From Eledone cirrhosa (Eukaryota), in assembly GCA_964016885.1 (NCBI GenBank), contig OZ024741.1, forward strand, positions 386,322,001 to 386,386,000: 64,000 nucleotides of DNA. Reading direction: 5' to 3'. The notes below the pieces were generated by a model. That model did not search any database and was not told where the DNA came from. It saw nothing but the letters and a program-made list of their open reading frames with translations. Position 1 is the first letter of the stretch. Every line of letters begins with the position of its first letter. Below, piece after piece: positions 1-11,254 of the stretch. The position numbers and the translations under genes were made by a program.

Positions 1-190
1 TTTGTTTTTCAAGGCCAGTAACATCGGTTACTAGTGTTGTTGTTGCTGCTGCTGTTTATGATTTTAGCTATACTAAGGTCATAGTCATAGCAACGAGGGA
101 GGTAGTGGGTATTGCGTTCAAAACTTTTGAAATTTGTTTTTCTTTTGATGTTGCATTTGTTTTTGTCTGTGTTCTGTTCTGTATTATTAC

Positions 191-697
191 TTGTGTGGTG
201 GAAAGGTTAAAAGGGTTAAAGACAGACACTTTCCTCTTCGGCGAATCCCTGATTTACTTTTTCAAGTTTCACTTGAAGAGGAAAATCAGGGTGGAGAGGC
301 AAGTGCTGCCTTCTAGCAAGTTTGTTGAAAGGTGGCTGAATGTAGCGAGAATGGTCCGAGTGAACGGGACCAATCTGAATATACGTCTGTAGTTTGAGAG
401 ATGGAAACATTGAGAGAGGGCGCTTGCCCTGGTGGTAAGGGTGGCCGTGGTCTTTTGAGTGGTTTTCGCCACGAGTATCCCTCGGAGGTTTCCCCCTTAT
501 TGGGGAATTTTTCATTGTTTCAATTTTCATTTTTATTGTTTATATATATATATGTTTCTATGTCCTTTTTTTTTCTTTTCTTATATAAATAATAAAAATC
601 TTTACACGCACAAAACCCACATTGTACCGTTCTGTACCTTCCTGTGCCATCTGTAATGTTTTTCTTGATGTCAGCCCTTGTGGCCAATAAAGAAATC
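191..697 (+). mobile_element. 5'-truncated 3' end of a Tx1-like (L1 clade) LINE: ORF2 C-terminus plus 3' UTR, followed by (ATT)n
   Basis: Translates KGLKTDTFLFGESLIYFFKFHLKRKIRVERQVLPSSKFVERW, nearly identical to the ORF2 end at 45060-45260. Ends cccttgtggccaataaagaaatc + (att)n like the other copies. Confidence 0.85.
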
Positions 698-734
698 ATT
701 ATTATTATTATTATTATTATTACTATTATTATTA

Positions 735-924
735 AAGGGCGGTGGATTGGCAGTATCGGTAGAGGGTCGGATGCCATGCTTTGCAGCATAGAGTAACGGC
801 CCTTGTCATTCTGAGTTCAAATCCCGCCGAGGTTAACTTTGCCTTTCATCCTTACGGGGTCGATAAAATAAAGTACCAGTAATACACTGGGATAATTGCT
901 GGCCTTGTGCCAAAAGTAGAAACA
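735..924 (+). mobile_element. tRNA-derived SINE with (ATT)n tail (family repeated about 10 times in the window)
   Basis: A-box-like tggcagtatcgg, B-box gagttcaaatcc, body ctttcatccttacggggtcgataaaataaagtaccag, tail ctggccttgtgccaaaagtagaaacaattatt. Related copies at ~4420-4555, 12905-13090, 25435-25565, 25650-25800, 27680-27895(-), 29030-29140(-), 29935-30115(-), 55345-55545. Confidence 0.85.
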
Positions 925-948
925 ATTATTATTATTATTATTATTATT

Positions 949-3900
949 GTTCTTTGAGTCTCAGTCATTGATGTTAGTCAACTGGAAAGTTTGTTGAAAT
1001 GAATATCAAGCCACTACCTGCAGCCTCAGATATTCAGGACATATCGGAGGGTTCTTGCTGTTCCCAGCAAGCATGCCTTTTGAAGTGTTCCAAAAAGCAG
1101 GACGGGGTCAATTTTCTTTAACCATCCCTGGAAATTTTTTGAGATAGTACCTAGTGCGCCTATGACAATCGGGACCATTTTGACTTCATGGCAGTTCCAA
1201 ATACTTTTTACCTCCCACTTTAAGTCCAGGTATCGGTTAATTTTCTCCCTCTCCTTCTCTTGCACTCTCGTGTCGAATGGGCAGGCCACATCCACAATCA
1301 GGCACAATCTTTTTTCCTTGTCCAAAACCACCAGGTCAGGTCTATTGTGTTCCAGTTTCTTGTCCGTCTGTATCCTAAAATCCCACAGCACCTTCATCTG
1401 ATCGTTTTCTATCACTGACTTTGGCTTATGCTCATACCACTTCTCAGAATGTGGTAAATTGTTTACTTTGCATAGGTGCCAGTGGATCACCCTGGCCATT
1501 ACATCATGTCTCCAGCCTTTATAGTGAGTCTGGGCTAGGTGTTTACACTTGGATACAATGTGAGCCACAGTCTCCTCTCTCTCTCCACAGATCCTGCACA
1601 GTGGGCTAGCCTCCTCCTTGTAAATATGGTGTTTCAGTCACTTCGTTTTGAGGGCCTGCTCTTGCTCAGCCATTAGCATTCCTTCTGTAGCCTTTTTAAG
1701 GTCTCCTCTTTTTAACCAGTTCCATGTCTGTGGATCTCTGAATTCAGTTCTCAAAGAAGGTACTATGAAGGGATTTTTCATGAAGGCTGCTCTTTCTCCT
1801 TGTTGTTATTTCCTCTTGGACATCCCCTGGTCTATTGTCCTCTCCTTCAGTACAATTCTGAGCATTGGCTCCTTACTATCAGTCACGTATTTGTGTAGGT
1901 TGTTTTTCTCCATCTGAACACAGTCCTCTATGCTGAAGAGACCTCTTCCACCTTCAGAACTCCTTAAGTAGAGTCTATTGACATCACTCCTCTTGTGGAA
2001 CATGTTGTAGATAGTCAATAGCTTCCTAGTCTTCCTATCCATTTCTTTTTGTTCAGCAACATTCCATCTCAGAATTCCCGCACTGTACCTAATAATAGAC
2101 ACAGCTCGGGAATTTAATGCACTTATGGCATTCCTACTGTTCAGATGTGACTTTAATACGCTCCTTACTCTCCGAATGTATTCAGATCTTATCAATTCCT
2201 TCATTTATTTGTTCTTGATGTCATCAGCCTCAAGAACATTCAAATACTTGTATCCTTCTTCAGTGTCAATTTCCTTTATCATCTCACCTGTTGGTACCTG
2301 CATTCTGTTGCTTCTGCTCAATTTACCCCTATTCATCACAACGACTCCACACTTACTAATACCAAATTGCATACATATATCATTGCTGAAAATACGGACA
2401 GTGTCAACAAGCACATCCAACTTCTCACTCCTCCCGAAGAGCTTAAGATTGTCCATGAAGAGGACTATCTCCCTGGAAAATACCTCTCTTGATTTTCACG
2501 CCTCCCAAGGATTCTCCACTTGATGTTAACTCTGTTTTCCAGGACTTCATTCTTTTGCTCAACAACTGTCTGATGTTATCTGCCACCTTGAAGATCTCTA
2601 GGCTTTTGGTGATTCAAGAATGAGGCACCATGTCAAATGCCTTTTTGAAGTCTATCCATCCCATGGCAAGACCAGTGTGTCTCCTCTTGCAATTCCTCAT
2701 TAAGTAACATTAAGTAACATCTTATCAATAAGTAACTGGTCCTTTGTACCACGGGACTTCTTTCGGCATCCTTTCTGTTCGTCCGGTAACAAGTTGTTTG
2801 TGTGGAGATGATGGTAGATTTCCTCAGACACAATGCTTGTCAACAGTTTCCACATTATGGACAGACATGTCTATAGTTGGTAACATCATTACCCTTGATT
2901 AGGTCTTTCATTACCAGAACTGTGGTACCTTTTGTCAACCACTCTGGTACCTCACCCGACATCAAGCAGTCATTGAACATGGCTGTCAGTTTCGGGTGGA
3001 GGGATGTTATATTTTTAATCCAATACCCCTGCACACCATCTGGGCCTGGTGATTTCCAGTTGATTAGTTTTTTGGCCTGCCCTTTAAGAGTTTCAACTGT
3101 GATACTCAAATCAGTTTGTTGGTGTGCCTGTTCACTAATCTCCTTTTGTATTGTCTCAATCCACACTGCCTGATCCTTATGTTCAACATCCTGCTCCCAT
3201 ATTCCTCTCCAGAATGTCTTAGTTTGTTCCGCCTCAGGGATCAAGCCGTTGCCTCTTTCTTTCCCTTCAAGCTGTCCAAACAACATCTTCTGGTTGTTGT
3301 CAAACATGCGGTTCTCTCTATACTGACTGACCCTGCTCTCGTATCGCCTAATTTATGCACTCTTTGCTACAGTGCATTGCTTCAGTTCCTCTATGATAAT
3401 ATTTAGCTTTTTCCTCCTAGTTTTGTACTTTATTTCCAGTCTATTTTCAGTGTCTATGTTTTTTAGTGTCCCATTCAGTAGGGACTCAAGCTTTCCAATG
3501 TCATTTCTCATTTCCCTGATTTGACCATTCAGTCGTTTCTTCCACCAAGGTTCTGATCTTTCTTGTTTGTTGTTTCCTCTCGCTTTTATGCCAAGTAATT
3601 TCCTCACCGCATTTGCTGTTGCTTTGAGGATATTGTTGCACTGGTGAAGGCTCCTCGTCTCAAGGTATGAGATGACTTTGTTTACATTAGCTGTTGTTTC
3701 TTTTAACTTTTTCCTGTCTACAAATCTTAGGTTCATAGGTTTCCCACTATCATTGTTCATTTCATCTACCACTAAGTTTAGGATATCAACCAAATCTTGT
3801 CCTAGCCCGTCAGCATTCATCTCCCCAATGGCCGTATCTTTGTTCCAGGTATTATTTATTTCAGCATTCAGATCATTGTCTGCTTCGGATGGTTCCTCCG

Positions 3901-4380
3901 TTCTCTCAACCTCTTCACCTTCATCTCCCACTGGCTCGTTTGCCTGGCATACTCCACTCTCCATTTCCAACCTAATCTCTCTGCTCAGTTCCTCCAGTTC
4001 AAACTCGCTTATGCACCCATTAGTTCTTATTACCCGAGCCTGCCCAGCCAATTTTTGTTCATCTAATTTAAATAGACCAATCTCGTTCCAGATGTTATGC
4101 ATCCGTTTCCTATAGCCTTTTCCCTTGGGGTTACTCTTCAGGTAACATTGCATAACAGTTCTCTTCAATTCTTTCGTCCAGTTGGTTCTGGTCCCTTTCC
4201 TTCTTATTCTTCCTCCGACACCAGCAGTATTTGGTTGACAGCCAGGTCCCTGCTGCTGAGCCAGGGAGCACTTGCTGGGTGAGAGTCTATCACATGACAT
4301 TCCAGTCTCCACTTCACCGTTATTCGAACTTTTTAGGTTCGACATTGAAACACTCTCCCTTTCCTTCTTCTTCCTCCGGC
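949..4380 (-). mobile_element. Near full-length, frameshifted R4/Dong-like non-LTR retrotransposon (RT + restriction-like endonuclease)
   Basis: Collinear ORF pieces 3353-4345, 2855-3307 (WKSPGPDGVQGYWIK), 2205-2456 (MDNLKLF, decayed YMDD motif), 1806-2204, 1026-1568 (RHD, RPDLVV..DVACP, KINRYLDL, LQKACLLGTARTLR). Flanked by (TAA)n on both sides. Confidence 0.9.
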
Positions 4381-4714
4381 ATTATTATTATTATTATTAT
4401 TATTATTAAGTTATGGCCCTTTATAGTCTGTTGAGGTTAGCTTTCCTTCTCATCCTTACAGGGTCGATAAAATAAAGCACCAGTAATGCACTGGGGTCAA
4501 TTTAATCGACTTTCCCCTCTCTCAAGATTGCTGGCCTTGTGCCTATAATAGAAATTATTTTTATTAAAATTTTGTGTATTATGCATCGTTTCACATTCAT
4601 TTTCTTTCTCTCCATTTAAAGTCTCCCTTTTTTGTAACCTGTCCATTAATGTCTTCTTAACCATTGCCCTTATATAAATCAATAATACTTTTCAAAGTAG
4701 TAGTAGTAGTAATT

Positions 4715-5060
4715 GGGTAAGGGTAAGGATAAAGACCCCCTTCGGTCACAAATGACCATGGGATTTGCACCTAGAATGCACCTAGAATGTTCCCCACAAG
4801 TCTGGGGAAGGTTGTTTAGTGGAAGATCAGCAGTCACCCAAGCATACCAGTCTCCCCTCCCCACGCCACCAATGTTGTCCAAGGGAAAGGCACTGACCGA
4901 TACAGCTTGGCACCAGTGACATCGCAACTCATTTCTACAGCTGAGTAAACTGGGGCAACGTGAAATAAAGTGCCTTGCTGAAGAACATAATGCAAAGCCT
5001 AGTTCGAGGATCAAACGCACAACCACACGATTGTAAGCCTGACACTCTAACCACTAAGCC
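4715..5060 (-). mobile_element. tRNA-headed CORE-type SINE
   Basis: Minus strand ggcttagtggttagagtg..gtttgatcctcg head, then CORE-like gcaaggcactttatttcacgttgccccagtttactcagctgtagaaatgag. The same head and core occur at 8616(+) and ~12395-12510(-). Confidence 0.75.
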
Positions 5061-5612
5061 AATTTCTTCATCTGTCTCTTGGTCCCTTTGTCTGTCCATC
5101 ATACTTCATATGTGTATATATGTGTGAGTATTCTGTGCGTGTATGGAACAAATTCAACATATAGTTAACGCAACTTCTAAAAAAGACAAAAAAACATGTG
5201 TTTCTATAGGCCCTTCATGCAAAAAGGTTAGGGGTCTCTGTTGTAGAATTTGTTTTGCTTTTTTACTTTATTGGGTGATTATTGTATTAGGGGTGTGTGT
5301 ATATGTTGTGTGTGAAAATTGTTTTATTTGCTTTGTGCTATTGAATCAATAATATCAATGTCTTGTGCAGGATATGGGCTGTTCCTTGCAAAACTATTTT
5401 TTGTGAACCCTAATAAGGCATCTATGTTTTTGTTCATATTTTCTTTAATCATACCTAGTGTTCCAATTTAGTGGTAATTTTACACATTTTAAAAATAAAA
5501 TCCCATATTTATGCATATCAAAAAATATACAATAAAAAGACAAAGTATAAATGATATTGGAAGTTAAACCATTGGTTTTTTGGTTTTTACTTTTTGTTTT
5601 CTATTATTTCAG

Positions 5613-5696
5613 GTTTTCAATGCTGGCTGAATTAAGACACCTGGATTTATCATATAATTTACTATCAAATTTGCCAGATGAGTTTGTTCATCTCAA
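5613..5696 (+). CDS. LRRC63: Internal exon of a leucine-rich repeat protein (LRRC63-like)
   Basis: Polypyrimidine tract + ag at 5611-5612, gt donor at 5697. 84 bp, phase 2/2, reads [27 protein letters not shown](K), a canonical LxxLxLxxNxLxxLP repeat. The gene symbol rests on recalled similarity and is less certain than the exon itself. Confidence 0.75.
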
Positions 5697-6887
5697 GTAA
5701 TATTTACATATTCTTTCTTTCTTTCTTTCTGTTGTTGTTGTTGTTGTTGCTTGTTATATTAATAGTTGAGAGATATACACCTCCCCCCATCATCATCATC
5801 ATCATCAAAGAGAAGGGAATAAAGTGAAAGACTGAAAGAACTTATGGGTGAAAAGAAGAGTTTATATATATGTATAACTTTGATAACTTTGATAGGTTTT
5901 GGCCAGTATTGGCTCAGGCCATGTCTAACTTAATAACACCACCTGCTATACATTACCAATTAAGTTATTTAGATTACCTAAGGGTAGAACTGGTGGTTCT
6001 GGTAGGTAAACCATGATGTAACAAATCAATAAAAGCACTCAACGTTATGTAAGTCATCCATCGTAGATGTGGTATCCAGTGGTTGGCGCAGGAATGGAGT
6101 AAAGTATTTATAAAATGACAACAGAAGCCCAGACTGGAAGATATGCTTTAAAATTTTAATTCTGTGAAATCACTATACATATTTCAATGGCCCAGCTCCA
6201 TCATCGACTTATGATGCAAGACAGGACAATCTCATCAGGTGACTTCCACAGAATTACTTAACAGGGTTACATTGAACCCAAACTTATCATGGAAGATAGG
6301 GAAAAAAAGAATTTGATTTGGGGAGTGCCTGTAAAAAAACTGTTGCATTGTGAGAAGAGATGCCTCCTCATAATACAACAGTGGTATCTGTCTTGTGGCG
6401 CAATTGTTGGCGGTGAATTGTCATTCTCTTTCTTTACATTTAATGGCATATATTAATTTTTTGTTAAGCAGGTGAAATTATTTTTTACATAAATTGTTTG
6501 TCCTGATTTAAGTTTGTACTGTGTGTCTTCAATAAGGTTAATGCAACTGCCACAATTAGGGTGACCACACTTTTTGACTGTTAGTGTTGTGTTTGTGGTG
6601 AGAAATTTGGTGTTAGTGAGTAGTTTTTAAAGTGATTCTGGTTATCTTGTAGTGGGCCCAAATTGTATCTTTTGATGTAATAAACCCCTACACTACAATC
6701 CTACACCAATATGGACTAGAGACCATAGGATTCTGACTCGTCTTGTAGGAGAGAAGATATAGAATTTTTATAGATTTTAACATCCATAATGACGACTGTA
6801 CTTCCCTTATCTACTTCTTTAATTATGATGTGAATTTTCTTCAATTTGTGGGTAATTTCCCACTCCTTTTGGGTGGTGTTGGATTTG

Positions 6888-6919
<32 letters not shown>

Positions 6920-6920
<1 letters not shown>

Positions 6921-8138
6921 TAAAGACTAAAGTTCTAGTATGTAGGAAGGAAAATAGGGCACAGGTTCCCTCTGGGAAGTGGCCATGCTCAGTGTGTAGG
7001 AAAGGAGTAGGCAGAAATTCCATTTTATGTCCCAAATGCAAAGTATGGGTACATAAAAGATGTAGTGGGATCGCAGGTAAGCTATCTAAGAACGTAGATT
7101 TTATATGTGGCTGGTGCTCAGGTGCAATAAGTAGCAAGTGCCCACAGGACACTAGCTCCTTCTACTGCCCAGATGGTTCTATAGAAGTAGTGGACACCTT
7201 CCGTTACCTGGGTGACAAAATCAGCAGTGGTGGAGGGTGCTCAGAAAGTACAGTAGCCAGAGTCAGAACGGGATGGAAAAAGTTCAGAGAGCTTATACCA
7301 CTATTGGCCACTAAAGGTTTCTCTCTAAAAATGAAAGGCAGACTGTATGATGCCTGCATACGAACAGCAATGTTACATGGCAGTGAGACATGGGTATTGC
7401 GTGCAGAGGACCTGTGCAGACTGGAAAGGAACGAAGCATGCATGCTCCGCTGAATGTGTAATAGTAATATACGTGAACAGCAAAGCATAAATGAACTAAG
7501 TGAGAAATTAGGTATAAAGAGGGATCAGATGCTGTTTACTCGAGAGAAGACTACGTTGGTCACGTGATGCGCATGAAAGACGATAGCTGTATAAAAAAGT
7601 GTGATCAAAATTGACGGAAGTTACGAAGTAGGCAGATCCCGAAAAACCTGGGACGATTTGATAAATTCCGACCTTACACACTTACACCTCTCTAAGACAA
7701 TGTCACTGGACCGAGATCTTTGGCGCTATGCAGTAATACAGAAGACCTGCCTTGCCTAAGTACGAAGCGAAACCTACAGTCAGTAGGCACCCCCATCCCA
7801 CTACCCCAACTCCCCCACTCCCACCCCCATCCACACCACCCCTTTCTCTGTAAAGTTATGTTGGTACCACAACATCCAGTCCTAAATAAATGAGGTCGTG
7901 TAGGTGTCACGACAAAAAAACACACAGTCCATGCTGTAATGTGGCTGTGTAGGTAACACGGTAAAAACCTCCCAGTACACACTGTAAAAGTGATTGGTGT
8001 TAGGAAGGGCATCCAGCCGTAGAAAATCTGCCAGACAGTCCTATGCGAGCAAGACGACCAATCTTGCCTCAAGTGGGACAATTCCCATCTAAACCCATGC
8101 TAGCATGGAAGATAGATGTTAAACGATGATGATGATGA
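6920..8138 (+). mobile_element. 5'-truncated RTE LINE (PHD-finger type) with 3' UTR and (GAT)n tail
   Basis: KTKVL..KWPCSVCRKGVGRNSILCPKCKVWVHKRCSG..FRYLGD..MLHGSETW..RLRW-like, GHVMRM. 3' UTR has 2 copies of the 48-bp unit, then gttaggaagggcatccagcc, and ends gttaaacgatgatgatg. Confidence 0.88.
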
Positions 8139-8229
8139 TATAAATAATACTGTTCTATATTTTTGAGATAAGGAATTATTTACATTATATACATTGGTCA
8201 AATAGGTGTCCTCATCTTGTTTTGTTGTT

Positions 8230-8275
8230 AACACAACATTTCGGCTGATGTACTCTCCACCCTTCATCAGGTGTC
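8230..8275 (-). ncRNA. Minimal type I hammerhead ribozyme motif in the Penelope pseudo-LTR (possibly decayed)
   Basis: Minus strand gacac CTGATGA agggtggagagtacatcagcc GAAA tgtt gtgtt. Stem I gacac/gtgtt; stem II imperfect. Confidence 0.6.
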
Positions 8276-8615
8276 CCAGTGATGTTATTATTAATGTTTG
8301 TTCAGGTCACTGCCTAGAATTGTACTTGGAATCTTGAGGTTAGTAGCCTGCTTTTTAACCACTTTTTTTTTTCTTTCTCCCCGTGATTTTTCTTTATTCT
8401 CGTGAATTTTTAGGGCTTATAAACTGATATTTTTCTATCGCTCCTCAACACCGGTTCCCATATACTACTCATATCTGCACTAGGTCTGCTTACGAGGTTA
8501 TTGTGTCCCAGCATATGTGCTGCCTCTTTTAGTTTTCATGTTTCCCAGTGGTGTTCTCTGTCTATTATTTTAACTTCATCTCACAGGGGAAGGTGGTCTG
8601 CGTTTTTCCATACAT

Positions 8616-8962
8616 GAGGCACATGGCTTAGTGGTTAGAGCATTGGCCTTGCAATCGAAAGGTTGTGAGTTCAATTCTCAGACCGGGTGATGTGTTGTTT
8701 CCTTGAGCAAGACACTTTATTTCACATTGCTCCAGTTTACTCAGCTGTAGAAATGAGATGATAGGGACTGGGGTCCCCATCATTCCACTGCAAAGTGGTC
8801 GTGGAGGTGCCACAGCAAAGAAGCACCCAGCACTCACTGTATATGAGGTTGGTGTTAGGAAGGGCATCCAGCTGTAGAAATCAAGCCAGAATCAGTTCCC
8901 GTCCCACCCTTGCAAGCAGGGAAAAGTGGACGTAAAAGGATGATGATGATGATGATGATGAT
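8616..8962 (+). mobile_element. Chimeric SINE: tRNA head + CORE-like domain + RTE-derived 3' tail
   Basis: tggcttagtggttagagc..gagttcaattctc head, CORE-like segment, one 48-bp-like unit, gttaggaagggcatccagc, (GAT)n tail. Confidence 0.8.
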
Positions 8963-9359
8963 AGCAAAGAGAGGGTGAGAAATAAGAGGTAGATAGAGTA
9001 ATAGATGTAAAGAGAGGGGGAGAAAGTAGAGGTAGATAGAGTAATAGAAGTAAAGAGAGGGGGGTTGATATAAGAGGTAGATAGAGTACTAGATGTAAAG
9101 AGAGGGTGATACCTGATATATTGATGTCTCCTTGTGTCACAGCTTTACAATATTCTTCTACCCTTATTTTGAGGGGGCAGCCTGTTTTACCTTTGTATAA
9201 CCTTTTGTTGTGTTAACAACAAAACAAAATGAGGACACCTATCTGTCCAATGTATATATATACCCCCCACTCTCCTGAGCGTGAAATTAATAAACATTTA
9301 TTGTACTGCCTCTCTGTTTTGTCCCTGTTCAAATTTTTCCATTATATATATATATATAA

Positions 9360-9759
9360 ACGGAAAAAATGAAACGATATTTCATTTCCCACTCTTAGTA
9401 CGGCTGTTACTTAAATATAAGTATGTACACGTACATACATATATGTATACCGACGTACAGTAGTATGTATATATATATATACATACATGCACACATATAT
9501 ATATGCACGTATGGATTCACGAACATTTATTATAATGCTCGGTGTGTTTGTAAACAAACATCCCGCATTAAGCCGTAGTGTCTAGCAACCACCGTTGCTC
9601 GTTTGTTCAACACTGACAAAGGAACGCTGTACTAGTTTCAAGCTTGTTAGCTATCGTCAGCAACGTATACCTTCCTGCCAGATTGTTGAACGTATATACT
9701 TACCTTATGCATATTAACGGCTGAGTAGCCCAATATGCATATCGAGTGGGTTAATATTC

Positions 9760-9760
<1 letters not shown>
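9360..9760 (+). repeat. Unclassified interspersed repeat with internal (TA)n; second copy at 39330-39880
   Basis: Shared blocks such as cactcttagtacggc and gttcaacactgaca..tgtactagtttcaagcttgttagctatc. Confidence 0.8.
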
Positions 9761-9799
<39 letters not shown>

Positions 9800-9983
9800 G
9801 AAAAGGACTGATTTTGGCTCAGTTTCTACAGCTGGATGCCCTTCCTAACACCAACCTCATTTACAGTGAGTACTGGGTGCTTTTTTACTGTGGTGCCTAC
9901 ACGACAACTTTACAGTGGGAGGGGTGTGGGGGCATATTGTCTATATGCTTCAGCTTCAGCTTGTACCCGTGGGAACTCGGGTC

Positions 9984-10015
<32 letters not shown>

Positions 10016-10418
10016 TAATAAGTTGATTACACGTGGTTTTGTCTTTGCGTGCAATTGTTCTCCACGCTCCACATATGACGTATTATCTTCGTTTTTTCCG
10101 TTCATTGCCAGAGAACGTCTCTATGAACCACCTAATAGAATATTAGTCTACGACTTCTTTTATACCATAAACGTGGTTTTGTCTTTGTGTGTAATTGTTT
10201 TTCACCGCTCCAAATAATGACGTATTGTATTCGTTTTTTCCCGTTCTTTGCCAGGGAACGTTTCCATGAACCAAAGTATCGTCTTCCTGTCTTCCTCCGG
10301 TTGCAACGTTTTTTGAAATATTCACTTCTGCGTTCACAGATTGACTTTGTTAGTTTCAGAAGATCCCGTTAAGGGTGAAAGCAGCGATTCTTTGCTTAAA
10401 CTTTAATCTGTTATTTTA

Positions 10419-10451
<33 letters not shown>

Positions 10452-10458
<7 letters not shown>

Positions 10459-10678
10459 AAAAAAAGCTGAAATCGAAAATGCAACTGGAGTCTTATTTAA
10501 AAAAATATATATATATTTATTTGGTTCCTTTACCGGTTTCGCAGTTCTTCTTCCATCTCAACTCTACTTTTGAAAAGCAGAAGAACTGCGAAACCAGTAA
10601 AGGAACCAAATAAATATATATATTTAAAAAAAAATAAGACTCCAGTTGCATTTTCGATTTCATCTGTTTTTCTTTATA
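10452..10678. repeat. Foldback (inverted repeat) element next to (TA)n, probably Penelope pseudo-LTR derived
   Basis: ~100 bp arms gaaaatgcaactggagtc..accggtttcgcagttctt and reverse complement. Same family as 31661-31950. Confidence 0.8.
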
Positions 10679-11254
10679 CTTTCACTCGTGTAGGACACCT
10701 CGGTTATTTTTCATTTTGTAAAAACACCTCACTTTCTAATATATATATATATATATTTAAAAGTTAAACAAGGTTCAATGAATACATCAAAGAGTGAGTT
10801 TTACAATAGATTGGAAGCACTCAACAGAAGGTTTTCCAGAGTTATTAATATTAATTCAAAATATTAACAAATCTTAACCATCTACTATGTCAGGGTATGT
10901 CATGCATCATCTTATTTTATCTGATGAGCACGTACTGTTGAACTTAACTCAGTACCTCTGAAATATGTATAATAAAATATCACAAGAATATCTATTTTGT
11001 TAATATTTTGAATTAATATATATATATATACACTGAGGAGAGTGGCAGGCAAAACATGAGAGAGAGACAGAGAGGCAAAGGAATGCCATACTGGAGAATG
11101 AACATACACACATTCACATACACATACAACCACATGCACACACACACACACACACACACATCCATAGAGAGGTAATTGTCATGTGCTGCAAAATTATGTT
11201 TTGGTCTCATCCTCTCTTTATTCTTTTTGATGAATGGAACATACATATATGAAA

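Larger units (their letters stand above)
8150..9260 (-). mobile_element. Penelope-like element fragment (GIY-YIG endonuclease C-terminus + pseudo-LTR), interrupted by a SINE
   Basis: Minus strand 9205-9110 reads YKGKTGCPLKIRVEEYCKAVTQGDINISG; 8615-8440 reads HVWKNADHLPL*DEVKIIDREHHWET*KLKEAAHMLG. 9205-9260 is an inverted copy of ~8188-8236. Confidence 0.8.

Noticed and set aside
735-830. tRNA genes here and at 8620 and ~35088
   Set aside because: A/B boxes are present but there is no proper cloverleaf; those at 735 and 8620 continue into SINE bodies.
6225-6245. CTGATGA on the minus strand as a hammerhead
   Set aside because: No convincing stem II/GAAA/stem I arrangement.
6830-7453. 207 aa host PHD-finger gene
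   Set aside because: The N-terminus is read through (TA)n; the remainder is RTE ORF.
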